64,000 nucleotides of DNA from Chrysomallon squamiferum (taxonomy: Eukaryota; Animalia; Mollusca). Of the stretch, positions 22,455-37,049 are shown piece by piece; position 1 is the first letter of the stretch, and each line of letters begins with the position of its first letter. Made by a program: the position numbers and the translations under genes. The notes below the pieces were generated by a model. It ran no database searches, was not told the origin of the DNA, and saw only the letters and a program-made list of their open reading frames with translations. The DNA lies in NCBI GenBank assembly GCA_012295275.1, contig CM022675.1:3534001-3598000 (forward strand), in the 5' to 3' direction.

Positions 22455-24954
22455 TTTTTTTTTTTTTTACTAATACAAAAAATAAATCAAATTAATTTAT
22501 TCTTTAGGGCATAAAAGGAACTGCTTTTGATTATACAATTTTAATTTTAGAAGATGAAACACTAAACATAAAATTTACACAAAATGGCTGCGTGCTGTTA
22601 GAAAAATCCTCAGACGGCGAAATTTCATTTTCAGTTAGTAACTGTCGTAAAATCCACTCAGCTATTTGTATTAATAGTAAGTATCATTTATTTAGTTAGT
22701 TAGTCAGTCAGTCAGTCAGTCAGTCAGTCAGTTAGTTAGTTAATTAGTTAGTCAGTTAGTTAGTTAGTTAGTCAGTCAGCCAGTTAGTTAGTTATAGATA
22801 GATATTTCTGAAGCATTTTATAATTTATGAAGCACTGGACGAAACGAGCAATATCCCACTGAGGAAGGTCAGGTCTAACATATACAAATAATGGCAGTTG
22901 TTAATGACAGTGTGGTCAGTATATGATAGTAAATTAACGATGACAATTATTTAAATGCTATCGATCAAATTATTTTATATATTACAGATTCGAATTTTCA
23001 AACATCTACACCTCCAAGTCCAGGTATTAATAATAATGTATTTTTACTCTTTGGATAATTCTATTTTAAGAAATTTATAAAAATGGATCAGTGGAAATAC
23101 AGATATATATACACGTACATACATATAGATACAGATTATAGAAATAGATTCTTATTTTTTATTTTTATTTTTTTTAAATTTTTATAGCAATTATAATCTG
23201 TTAGGTTCATTCTGTTCGACTGGTACTGAAACAATAAAATATTCACATGATAAAATGGCATGTTCGAATGATAACATAAAATATTTGTAAATAAAAACTT
23301 TTCCTCTAACCGTCGGAAAAACGCAGAGTTTACATGAACTAACAGATAAACTAAGAAATCTGCTTTGATTCTATTCAGATCAAGATGTGTTCAGAAAATG
23401 TACGTCATAGTTCATAATACGTTCTTAAAACATGTCGCTTTATTTCATTCAAATTTGATAGTTCCAAGTTCCTCTGAAATAACAACTTCAAGAGACGACA
23501 GAACAGATCACAAGTCAACTGCGTCAGAGAAGTCTGAAAGGGAGACAATTCCATTCAGTTCCATACCACGTAAAATAATTATTTCCCTTTGTAAATACTT
23601 TAATAGTTTCTTTAAATTCATAATTTATATTTCCGATTAAACCATTGTTTGAATAATTTAACAAACACACAAATATATAACTTTTCATTGTTCTTATCAT
23701 TTTTTACCATCATCATCATTATAATTGTCCTTGCTACAGCTACTACCATTATTATTTGTTTTCTTCAATGTTATTTTTAATGCAGTTGTTAATGTTATTA
23801 TCATTACTGTTGTTGTTGTTGTTAATATTGTTGTTGTCATTGTATTGTTATTATAATTGTTGTTGTTATTATTGTTGTTGTTGTTGTTGTTGTTGCAGGT
23901 GCTGCAGTTACAAAACCTCAGATTCTTAATAAAAATGAAAAAGATCAAACAGGTAAGATAAAAACAATGTTTACCTGAAACTAACGTGCATTTAAGTTAT
24001 TAATATTTATTTACTTTAATGAATATACATTCCTAAAAACTGCATAAGCAACAAAATAGAATAAAATTTAAAAATCAAAGCCGTAAAATTTAACTATAAT
24101 ACTAAATTAATGTAATTATACTTTTAAGAACAAAATAGTCAGTAGATTAGGTGTAATTATTGAAATTCTCTCAACAAATCGATTTATTTATATTTTCATT
24201 TACAAATGTTTATTTATTTATGTAGGTGTTGCTGTGGGTGTTTCTGTTACTCTAATTCTACTCGTAGTTGGAGCTCTTGTTGTGACTGTTTGGATGAAAA
24301 GGTAAACAGTTCTATTTTGTACTTTTCAAGCTTATTTAAAAAAAAATATTATTTTCTTTTCCTTTTTTTCTTTTTGTTATTCAACTTTAACTGCTTTTAC
24401 ATGAAATACATTTTGTTTATTTGTTTCTGGCATTCATTTATTTATTATTTATTTATTTATGTTTTGTTTTTGTTTATTTCTTTAGTTTGTTATATTTGCC
24501 TACTTATTTATTACATTTTTATTTGTTTATTTTTTATTTATTTTTTATTTGCTATTTGACTGTTTCTACGAGAAATACATTTTGTTTGTTTGTTACACTG
24601 ATTTATTTATTTCGATTGTTTGTTATGTTTGTTTGCTTATCCCTTCATTTATTTGTTTGTTTGATTCTTGTTTATATTTTGTTTATTTATTTATTTGCTT
24701 AATTATTTAGTAAATGTTTGTTTATTATTTTTTTGTTAATTTGCTTTCTTTTGTTTATTTGTTTTATTATTATTTCTTCTTTTTTGTTCAGATCACATAA
24801 ATTTTGTTTCGAGACTAAACGAGAAAGCAGCATGACTGGAGGAATCAGATCTGTGAATCAGCAAAACTTGTCAGATTACGATGAGATCAAACCAGACACT
24901 GATTCACATTACGAGTTTGAAACTCTAACAGATGTTACCATGGCAACCAAGCCA

Positions 24955-25170
24955 AACTCCAGTGACTATGAACTGGCAACTGATGTGAATACAGCAAATT
25001 TTCAAACAAACTCCAGTGACTATGAACTAGCAAATTATGTGAATACAGCAAATGTTCAAACAAACCCCAGTGACTATGAACTAGCAACTGATGTGAATGC
25101 AGCGAATGTTCAAACAAACTCCAGTGACTATGAATTAGCAACTGATGTGAATGTGGCAGCTGCTCAAGCA
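24955..25170 (+). repeat. Coding 54-bp x4 tandem repeat (NSSDYELATDVNTANVQT) in the tail of copy C
   Basis: Four DYELA units in ORF 24718..25524; B and F have one unit each. Confidence 0.9.
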
Positions 25171-27643
25171 AACAACAGCTACAACAACACCATTGATGAA
25201 GACGACTACAATGTCCTGAATGACAGTCATATACACAAGAATGTCGACTACAACCACACTGACAGCAGTGTTGAAGGTGATTATGATACAGCTGACTCAA
25301 AACCAAAGTCCATGTCTACTCATGACAAAACATACAACCACATCGGAGACGTCATGGAAGGTGATTACGATACAACAGCACCAAAGTCAACATCTTCTCA
25401 TGATGACACGTACAACCACGTCGCTGCTGTGACTGAAGACGACTACAACATCACTGACATGGATTTGAGAAATGTTGACTACGCCAGTGATGATTACATC
25501 CATCTTGATTCTGTGAGAGGTTGATTATGTTAATAATTCTATGTTCTTTTGTCATTTCTTCATATCATTTCTTCATATTTATTTGTAATATATAATTACG
25601 TGTGACATACAAGTGGTTAAGAATCATAGAAATACAAAGAGGAAACATGATGTTTCCACAACATGTACTACTCTTTTTTATTGTTAACAAGCTATGTACC
25701 CTCTCATATACAGGAAAACCAGTCATGGTATATTGGCTGAAACAGGAAATATTTCGTGTGTAACCAGCTCTGAATGATGCAGATTTAACACAGGATTATT
25801 TTTATGTTTTATAATCCTTCATTTACACACACTTATTACTGTTGGCTTGTTTTTAAGATTTAAACACTCTCCTCGATTTCTCGAAATATTTTTTTATCAT
25901 TAGGGAAGTAAAGGCTGTTCAGTACTGACATTAATAAACAATCATTTTAAAACAATCTTAAATACTAGTAAACATGTCAAGATCACTTGTTGGAAATGGA
26001 ATGAGTAAAATAGATGGTTATTACACTTTATGTTTCTAGTGAAAATCTTAACTGTGAAGCATAGTTGTTTGTTATGTATCTTTGTGAATAATTAGTAATT
26101 TGCAGTTAATTAGTAAGTGAAATATTTACCCGGTGCAATAGGTAGATGTATGCACATTTATATAATTACACAGATAGATAAAGAGATACTTATATATTTT
26201 TATGTATATATTTATGTATGTATTTTATGCATGGGCATAAACTAAATATGTGTGTGTTTATAATTTAAATTAATTACTACATACAACTGTTATCTGGTTT
26301 CCATTAGAAAATTTTATATCAAAACCCCTCCAATCACTCAGCTTTTATTCTGAAATAAAATTAAAACAACAACAAAAACATTTCCTTGTAAAGTTTCTTT
26401 TTACTGAAAATGATGCTACAGTATTTTGTAGTTGTTTTGTTGTTTTTTTACAGAAACAAATAGATTTAAAATTAAAAAAATCACCGGGATTAATCATGTA
26501 GATATGCAACTCCAAACATGATTCTGATTGGCTGCTTCATTGTGTAATATCTGTATCTCTGCTTCTGATTGGTTAGTTATAATTGCATCACAGAATTTGA
26601 TTGGATAGTATATAATTTATGTACAAAAAAGATCACTTACAACTGCTTATCCTGGCATAGACTTGTCAATGACTATGACACGAAATTTAACACAATAATC
26701 AACTTACTATACACTACCAATTTCTCTTGTTTTTAACATTACAACATTGAACATTATTTCATAATAATACAGTAAACTGGACTGACTGTTTTATACTGCA
26801 AAACATTCATCCAAACACAGCTAATATAAAACAAAAATTTTATTACAGTTTTCCAGGAAGTTCATTCTTGCTAAACTAGTTGAAATTGCATAGCATAATT
26901 TATTATATTTTATGATTCGAGAAATGTGTGGAATATTTGGTTATAAACTATTGGTTATGTTAATAAAATGATTGCAGAAATAACTAAAATATTTAGAGAC
27001 ATTAAACATCTTCACAATTCTCATTGCTGTGATTTCTTTTGCATTTGGTCTCCTTTTCACAGTTACGGTAATTAATTTTGTTTCTCTCTCATCTTGTTTA
27101 TTCCACCTTTTTCTGTTATTTCCTTCACTTTTAACATGGCTGAACAAGTGAAACAATGTATTCTGTATATTTCAAAGTGATTGTTTCTGTTTTCCCTTTT
27201 TTCTTCACAAACACACACCCACAATTTTTATTTATTACTTTTGTTGAAGAAAAAGTCTAAATTCTTTTTGCAATCTTTAAAATGTTTACTTTATTGATTT
27301 TCACCATCAGTCTTTGATACGAAATAAATTACAACAGTAAAATAAAACTGCTATTAAATATTTGGTTTCCGCCATTTTCCTGTTTTCTAATTTAACCGTA
27401 CAGTATAAACACTGAGTTGTTACCATGTTTCTATTTGAAACAGTTAAACTACTACACCGCAGTGCTTTATGCAATAAATGTTAAATTAATTGATTTAATC
27501 TGTCTCTTAGTATACTGCTAAATACGATTTAAAAAAAAAAAATAATATATATATATAAGGTCTGCGCAGACTATCTGTACACATGTAAAAGTTTTATTTC
27601 AACTAGCAGATTGAGTGTTTCACTCAGTCAAATTTTATTTGTT

Positions 27644-27920
27644 TTAATCTTCAGCGTTTGAGCCCATTACACAGTAAACATGTTCTGTTTCACGTGGCAC
27701 GTTCATATATTCATTTTGAGAACTTTGAGTTGTGTTCAGTCGCTCATAATCTGAGTCACTGATTGCACTGTTCTCAGTTTCTGTTACTGTTGTTGTAGTG
27801 TCTGAGTTGTTGCTGTTGTTGTGAATGATGTCTGCTGACTTTTGTTGAAAGCAAAAAATATTTTTCCTGCAATAAGAAAAAAAATAATACTGTTATTATT
27901 ATCGTTATTGTTATTATTGT

Positions 27921-27955
<35 letters not shown>

Positions 27956-28024
27956 TTTAATATTATTATTATTGTTGTTATTATAGCTGTTGTTTTTGTT
28001 ATGGTTATTATCATCATCATTTTC

Positions 28025-28071
<47 letters not shown>

Positions 28072-29890
28072 TCTTTGTTTGTTTGTTTGCTTGCTTGCTT
28101 GTTGTTGCTTTAGGTTTTTGTGTATATGAAATAATTATAAACAAATCAAAGATTATTACATTAATTCAAGTCTGAAATCAAGTTATCAGTCAAGAACGGT
28201 AACTCTATTTACCTTTTCATATAAACAACAGCGACAACTGCACACACTACTAAAAGTATAACGACAGTTACAGAAACACCAACAGCGACATCTGCAAAAT
28301 ACAACTACAAAAATAAAATCAAGTATTATCCATCAATAACAAATGTTTGCTAACCTCCATTTTTACAAAGAAAAGAAAGTGTACACTACAGAGTTTTTTG
28401 ATAAACAATTTGTAAATGTTATATTTACTGGTTATAATGACAAATCCGTATACATATTCAGTTTAATTCACACACACAACACACACAGACACACACGCAC
28501 ACATACGTATAATAACATAACATTTAGTAACGATACATACAAAGTTACCTGAATTTGACGTTTCTCTCCTTTTACTTAAAACCAGCTGTGTTATTCTAGT
28601 TTGATCTGTAAAAATTGAGGTTTTATCTAATTTAGACTTTATTCTTATAATCTTAAAAGTATTTACTGAGAACATAAACTAAACAATCACACGAAAAAAT
28701 AAAGTAAATGTATAAATAAATAAAATAGAAAACTAAATTTAAGAAAATAAGTATAAAATTAAATAAATCAATCAATAAAATAAAAAAATAAAAAAATAAT
28801 AATACTAATTAATCAACTGTAGCATTATTATATTTTTGCCTCTCCCTCCTATTTTATGACATAGATATTCATATTATTTACATTTTACCTGAATTAATTG
28901 TTGTTTCGGAGATAACTCGAGCTTGAGTTGATGAAGAATCTATAAAACACGTAAAATAAAAGACTTGAAGATAAACAACACAAAAACTGGTTTTACTATC
29001 TGTCAGTTTATGTCATTTAAATGCAAGAAAAGCACTCCGAAATAATGGTAATAGCAGTAGTAGTAGTATTAGTTAATGTTGTTTAATATATATTTATATA
29101 CACACACATAAAAATAAATAACAAACAAGTAATAAAATAAAGAAGCAATGAAACAAACAAATAAAAAAGAGAATAAAATAAATAAATAAATTAGAAATAA
29201 ATACATAAACCAACATACATATAAATAAATAAATAATAATCTAGGAAACAAACAAACAAACAAACAGCATTGTTTAAGATTCACGTACCTGTCTGTGTTG
29301 TAAATCTGTCTGTCTGTGTGGAAGTCTGAAAACTGAAATCTGTAAAATATTTAAACTTAGTTACACGTCAACCTCATTTAAACAATTAGTATTATAAAAT
29401 AATAGTCATAAATTAACCATAGATAAAATAGTCAACTAAGTTTAAAACCACAAAGCTGTATCAGTCAATAAAATATACATGTAATCCAGCCATATTGAAA
29501 ATGTCTACCAATGTGATGTATATAAGAATGAAGTATGTACATGTACTTATAGTCGTAAGCGAGCCTGTGTCAGTTTATTTTAAAACACAGAGTAAAACAG
29601 TTACTAAAGTCTCTAATGAACTAATGTGTATATCTGGACTGACTGTGTTTTTAAATAATGGAAGGTTAGTGGTAGTTGGAAGAGACGTCGTCTGCTGTGG
29701 AATTACTAAAAGTGTTAACACCAGCATAAAGTACAAAAGCAATATTTAAATAATTAATACTGGTTTGTTTATTATTTATAATTCAATATTGACCATTGGC
29801 TCCATGTAATCTATGTTCATCTCTGCTCATTTTATTTGTATTTATTAATTATATGTATGTATGTATTTGTGTATGTGTGTGTGTATGTGC

Positions 29891-29940
<50 letters not shown>

Positions 29941-32592
29941 TAAAGCCTTCTGATGTACTGAGTATAAAGTGGGACCAATGTGAAACAAAAAGGTTAACTG
30001 CCCAACGACAGCACAGTTTGAGTATTTTAGTTCAGTGATGCAATAAAACAAATAAGTAATAAAAAAAACCTTTGTATGTTTCTTTCAGAGATCCTTTGAC
30101 ACCAGTATTATGAAAATTTATGATTAACAAACACGATACTGATATTCAAATCTGTTGTGTATGAAATACACACACATCCTATTTTCACCAGTTACTAATC
30201 TACCAATACTTAAATTGTATTGACTGTTATATGATATAATACACGTAAAATTTGTCTAATAAGTTAAACAGTTTTTACAAAACACAGCAGGCAACTTCCA
30301 CTTGTAAGTAAATATGATCATTTAACAAACACGGAACTTGTATCCAATTAGAGAGATAGAATATGTAATGAATTGATGACAAAACAAAGTAAAAAACTAA
30401 ATTATATTCCTTCATTTTAATCATCAAAGGTGTTGTATTCAAGGCAACAGTGAATAGAAAATGTTCTTATTAAATCATCATCACAGTTTTTGTAAATGTT
30501 TCTTTGTACAGATCTGATAAAGTTCATGAACAAATTACAATCATTGATTCTGTCATCTCTGTGAGCTTGAAAATCTTCTGCTTAGATCTCTGTTGAGTCA
30601 GACATCACAAGCAATAATAACTTCATAACACTTGATCTCAGCAAGCCAAGTTCAACTGCTTTTCAGCAAAGACCTTCATAATACAGCATCTCAGTATCTG
30701 TTACAAACTGCTGAATCCAGATGGAAACTTTATGTGCGTTGTAGTAAGGCAAGAACAGCCAAGAATTTAGCAAATAAAGAAACTGTTACGTGAGAGTTCA
30801 AAACTCGTGTGTTCTTTATCTTTCTACATGATTTTAGTTACTCGTCAAACATGTAGTTTTAAAATGGTATAGATTGTAAGTAAAGGTTGCTAGATTTATT
30901 TAGCAAAACCAGCATACCGGAGTTTTATAATAAAAATAAATAAATAAACCAAAAAACTACAAAACAAAACAAATAAATATAAATAAATAAATAAATAAAC
31001 TAATAAAGAACAAATAAAAAGTAAATAAGTAAATAAATAACAAATAATCTATCAAATAAATAAATAAATAAATAAACAAACGAACAAACAAGCAAACAAA
31101 CAAACAAACAAACAAACAAATAAATAAATATTACTTACTATTAATACAAACGGCGAAATGGTGCGTACTGCAGTTACTGATTAAAAATGAAATTTTGCCA
31201 CTTGAGGATTTTTCTAACAACACGCAGCCATTTTGTGTAATGTTTATGTTCAGCGTTTCATCTTCTAAAATTGAAATGATATAATTAAAAGCATTCCCTT
31301 TTATCCCCTAATGAATAAAATATTGACTTTAATGTTTTTATTTGTCAGAAAAGTGCAAGAAAACAACAAATCAAATAATATTAATAAAAAATATAATAAT
31401 AATAATAAATAAATAAATAAAGAAGAAGAAGAGGAAGAGAAAGCAAAGTTATTTGTCTGTTCGTCTTAACATGAACAAAATAACTCACTGAAATGACTGT
31501 CAGTCCAGACTATTTCTTTATCACGTTTTAATCCAATCCAGTACTTTCTGTTTGGCCATAAACGTCGTCTTATTGTCTCAGGGTTATTTGTGTTTAGTTT
31601 TGCTAAAACACAGCTTGAATTAGATGAAAACCAGCTCTCAGTCGTGTGATGATGGTAACATGAGTTATTAGGATACCGTCCTGCACCTGAGTTGAAAAAA
31701 AGAAATGTTTAAATTATTGTACGTAGCAATAAGCAGTATTAAATGTTAACCGAACGTAAAAAATTGTGTGAAATTATGTAATTTATGCAATCATTCTTAA
31801 CAGTTTTAGATGGGTTTTTTCTTCTTTTTTATTTTTCAGAATTGTATATACTATTAAATGGAGGCCAAACAAAAATAAAAAGTTAAGCAGTTGTTATGTC
31901 TAAAAATATTTTTGGGTAAAAATTTATTTTATCTTCTTGTATGTCTTAGTAGCATTTGAAAGCTTTATTAACATTTCAGCGAACTTACACACAGCGTTTA
32001 GGAGTTACCTAAAAATATATTTTATCTACCACTGCACTGTCTGTTTTCTAAATGGATGGGGGGGGTGAGGGTTAAAGTTTTAATTCTTAATAGTATGGGT
32101 ACTAAGAGGAACAGGATTATAATTGTAGCTAAGTTTGATCATTTTTTCATTTCGATTTCTGTTGACTTGTATGTCAGTTGAATATGTAGCTTGAGTCAAA
32201 ATATTTCTTGTTATTGCTTATTTTATATTCGGAATATAAAAAGGTTTATCCACAAGAAAACAAATAAACAAACACCCCCCCCCCCCCGATCAAAACCCTC
32301 TAACAACAGTAACACCCACCCGGCAAAAATAAAAATAAATATAAATAAAATAAATAAATCTTTGCGTTTTTTATAATCTTCATTGCGTCAGGTTTAAATA
32401 AAAATAACTGAAGCGTTTAACATACTGAAAACTGAGATAGCTGAACATCTGCATTTTGGAAAAATCATGGATGGCAGCGTTCGTGCTAGCGTCAACTGTG
32501 TTATGAGCACCAAGAGCGGATGATCACATTCTTTTGTCGGTGAATTATTGTTTTTGTACAAAGCATTTGAGCAATTCACCATATTGTAACGT

Positions 32593-32643
<51 letters not shown>

Positions 32644-33533
32644 TTATTTTCTTTAATCTCTATATTATTTAACTTCTGTTTACGATGCAAACATACCTAT
32701 TTACCTATATGTATGCATGCAGATCTAGAACTAAATATATATACGTGAGGGTACGAGCGTGCGTTGTGTGTGTGTGTCAGGCTAATAAAAGACAATGGAT
32801 ATAAAATGATCCCAATTTAATGGAAAAGATCTTGATTTTGACCTTATTTGTCGTAATAATATTTTAGACAACGATCTTCTCCTTTACCAAACAGTTAACA
32901 CATCAGATGGCAGTTGAAACTTACATGTCTCTTTCTTGCCGAAATGTTTATGTACAGTTCAGTCGAATACTTTCAAAATATTTGAACACGAATGTGAATA
33001 CAAATTCAGGATTAGAGAAAATATTCAAATACAAATAATTTTAAAATATTATGCAATTATCTGAATAGTAAGAATATGAAATTTAATATAAACCTTTTTA
33101 AACAAATTAGAGAACATCATAAATATTACTATAAATCAGTCAGTTAATATAAACAAAGTAAAAACAATATATATATATATATATATTTAATTAATCGGAT
33201 CAGTTTCACTATACTATAAGTGAAAATATTCGAAACGTAAAATGTGTTTAAACTGATCAAATATAACACTTTAAAACTGACTTTAAAATAATTAACTCAC
33301 AGTTACAAATGAATCCTTTTTCTATCTCACAGTTCTCTTCTGTTTTGATTATTAATTTGTAATAGTCTTGTTTTACATATCCACATACACCGAGAATATC
33401 CAAATCAACAGTTATATCTTTTTAAAAAACAAAAGAAAAAATTAAAATCAAAGATAAATAAGCAAATAAATTACATATATAATTGTAAAACTGGATTTTT
33501 CGTAACAGTAGAAATAGTTATATTACAAGCAGT

Positions 33534-33575
<42 letters not shown>

Positions 33576-35857
33576 ATAGTAGTGGTAGTAACATATGATC
33601 TAGTGCCAATAACAGCCATATAATATAATTATAATTGATATTAACAAAAAGAGATATTACAAATCCTAAGATAATGCTTTTTATAGTTCTCATAAATGTT
33701 CTTACAAAGCTAAATTTATCAAGCATTTTTTTAATTTTACAAATTACTTGTTTCTTTTTTTCATTGTGTTTTTACAAAATTAAATTAAATAAAAATCGTT
33801 TCGGTTTTTTAATATATTTTTGTGCAGGTATATTCATTAAACAAATGAATATTAAAAATTAAATATGATCATTAGTTTCAGATTAACATTGTTTTTAAGA
33901 ATCCAAGTTTTTGTAACATCATCATCTACAACAACAACAACAAAAACAATAATAACAGCAACAGTAATAATAACAATAAAACAAATAATAATAATAGTAT
34001 GATAATTATAATGGTAATAATAAAAATAATGATAATGATTTTTTATGATAATAATGATGATAATAATAATGACAGTGATAAAAAATAATAATGATAATAC
34101 CAACAACAACGACAGCAACACTACTAATAACTGCATCTTATTTTGTTACCACCATCATTACTGATCACTGACTTTTAAAAGAAATGTGGGTATTTTGTGT
34201 ATAAATGAGTAAAATTTACAGATCTAGTAAAATGTTACCTATTTTATATACACTCATTGTGTTTTCAGTCCCGCAGTTTTCTTTGAAGTTTCCCAAACAA
34301 CCAGTTTTATTTTGTCTGAGAACAAACGGATATGAAATCTGATTCCAGTAATTAAGACAGTAGCACTTAGCTCCCTATAATAAAAACATTAAAAAATAAA
34401 AATAAATAAAAAATACTTTAACATCAGATTTGTTTTTTTTTCTTTCTTTCTTTACTATTTTTTTATTTTTTACCTCTAATTATGTTCATTTTAAAGTATA
34501 TTGGTCTGTACATATGTATCTATGTATGTGTTTATGAATGAGTGTTAGTATCTGTATATGTGTGGATGGATGCATGTGTGTGTGTATATGTGTGTTTGTG
34601 ACGGTGTTTCTGTGTGTGTCATAAATTTATCTCATAAACTGCTAACCTGCAATCCAAAATATGTTACACCAGCAGTAGCTTGGTTTTGCTGACACTCGTA
34701 ATAACATCGGCTTGCCTGGTTGTCATATTTGTTATGATAAAACTGTATATAGTCTGGTTGTTCATCAACTTCTCCGACATAATCAAACAGTGGTGTGTTA
34801 TCCGCTGTAAGCATAACTAGATGTGTTTAATGCAATCGATTTGGAATTGTTTTTAATATAAGGTATTATTGTGTCCATAAAGTGTAGTCTGACATACACG
34901 CATACATACACACATATATATATAATTACAAGCATTTCATTTGTAATGAAATTATTTCTTTGTTAAGCAAGAACCTTCACAAAAAGTGATCAGGCCAATA
35001 ATATAGTATGTACATTACTATAATTAACAAATAATTAAAACACCAACAGCTATACTACTACTACTACTACTGCGATTACTGGTGATGATGATCATTATCA
35101 TGATAAATCTGCAGTCTTATTATAATAAAAATTAAGAAAACAACAAAAACAATAAGAAAAAAAAACAAAAAAACAAATGCTTATAAATAATAATATATGC
35201 AGAGTAATTATCTTACTTTGCTGTCTGTGCTCAACAGACCTTCGTTCTATGACCCATTTTATATCACGTGACTAGATGCTATCTGTCTATAGCAGGGAGA
35301 AAAAATATCCACGCTCGTGTTTAATCAAATCTACTTTTTAATTTTCTATTTTATTATAGCGTTTGAAACGTCAATAAATGCACATTATTAGATACTAACA
35401 TGTACTTTTACCTGATACTTTTATAACACTCATACACGCCAATAAATGTGTTCATGTTAAGTCCTAACATAAATATAAAAGTAAAACAAATTAATCAATT
35501 ATATCACCTGTCCACATCCATGAACTGTACTGAACTTTAGCTCCAATCCAGTAAGATCCAGCTGTGACGTCACTCAGTAATGTAATATCTGACGTACTGT
35601 ATAGGTGTTCTCCACGTTCGTGACATGCATAAACTGCTGTGTCCCATGTAACGTTATTTAATATACGCAGAGTAGCTGTAATGAAACAGAATATATTAAC
35701 TTATAAAACTAATGTAATCGATCGCAAAAGTAACAAAATAAAAATACAATTCTTTCACTTGTAACTAAAATATTTTACCTGACGTAGTAAACAGCTGACA
35801 TAAAATCCCGCTAAAAACTGTCAGAAGCAGACGACTTGTACTCCACAGGTCAGCCAT
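27644..35857 (-). CDS. Receptor copy E: same ectodomain family, distinct stalk and short 3-Tyr tail, about 480 aa
   Basis: Exons 35857-35779, 35675-35508, 34804-34647, 34374-34239, 33417-33301, 31686-31489, 31264-31139, 29339-29289, 28939-28889, 28605-28549, 28291-28213 (TM DVAVGVSVTVVILLVVCAVVAVVYMKR) and 27866-27644 (KNIFCFQQK..SDYERL..EYMNV..VYCVMGSNAED*) sum to 1443 nt, open. Stalk exon choice is less certain; the tail exon is absent from the ORF track. Confidence 0.8.
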
Positions 35858-37049
35858 GACACCTTGTGACCTGTACAAAGAAGTAAAACATTATCTGTGT
35901 TTAACAATACCGGTCTGTCACAAACTAAAAATAATTTTGTAAAACGATATAGCAACTTTAAAAACTATAGTAATACCACAGAACTACCTATACGTAGATG
36001 ACTAATAATAAAATATTTTTGATTACCGATGTAGCTAGTACTCGTTTGAAATCTTACGTTAGACTGTTCATTAAAACACTTTTGTGTTTAACAAACCATG
36101 AAGTGAACAGAGTGTGACTGCTGTCCTAGAAAGAAAATAACTCACGCGTTCACTTCAAATAAACTTACTAAATACAGACTGTCTACCTGTTTGTTTTGTG
36201 TTCATTTTCAAGTTAAAGATGACGACGGCTTTGATGATGACTATATTCACGATAATGTTGTTATTATGTGCTTTCGTTTTATTTTCACTTTTAAATGATT
36301 TTTTTAGATCAACTCTTTTTCTTTCAATTCCTTTTCTTTTTCACACATATATAGACACACACACATACATGTATATAGACACACACACATACATACACAC
36401 CTCCGTCAGTATGTATACATACATGCTTATCTGTGTATGTCTATTCATCTGTTTGTATGTTTATATTATACAGATGTGTGTATGTAGATACACATACATA
36501 CATTCATATTCACACATATACGTAAGAATACATGATTTAATCTCTTTATGTATGTTTACACAACCACACAAACACATACACATGTGTTTGATTAGATGTA
36601 CACATCTACCTACATTTATACATACCCAGAAACACACTGGTATATACTGTATAACAATTATTCTGAGGTATTTCTCGTTTGAAATCTTACATCAGACTTT
36701 TCTATCCTTGAAAGAAAATAACTCAGACGTTAACTTGAAATAAACTTGCTAAACCTGTTTTATGTGTGTTCGTTTTATTTATTATTTATTTATTTTTATA
36801 AATCATCTCTGTTTCTTTGTCGCTCTATTTAAAAGATGAATTTTGAAATAGATGGAGTTATTCAGTTTACTGCTTGTGTTAACGAAACAGAAGAAGAAGA
36901 AGAAAGAAAAAGAGGTGATATGAAGAAATAAAAAAAAAAAAAAAAAAAAAAAAGAAAGAGAGAAAAGTGGACAGAGGTGACGGAATAATTGTTATACAGT
37001 TTATGTCAGCGTGTTTCTGTGTTAAATATGAACGTAGGTAGATATGTGC

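Noticed and set aside
29547-29705. Ser/Thr/Pro-rich minus-strand segment (IPQQTTSLPTTTNLP..) as an extra stalk exon of E
   Set aside because: Plausible acceptor but no clear phase-1 donor before an in-frame stop; left out of the model, possibly a decayed exon.
30420-30800. Coding-like insertion in intron 7 of E (also 520-950 in A and 43020-43700 in F)
   Set aside because: Multiple stops and no recognisable motif or termini; may be old TE fragments but cannot be supported without a repeat-library search.
34750-34765. QPD tripeptide in copy E as a galactose-type lectin motif
   Set aside because: Absent from paralogs, lies at the start of the WSC insert, and no WND partner; probably coincidental.
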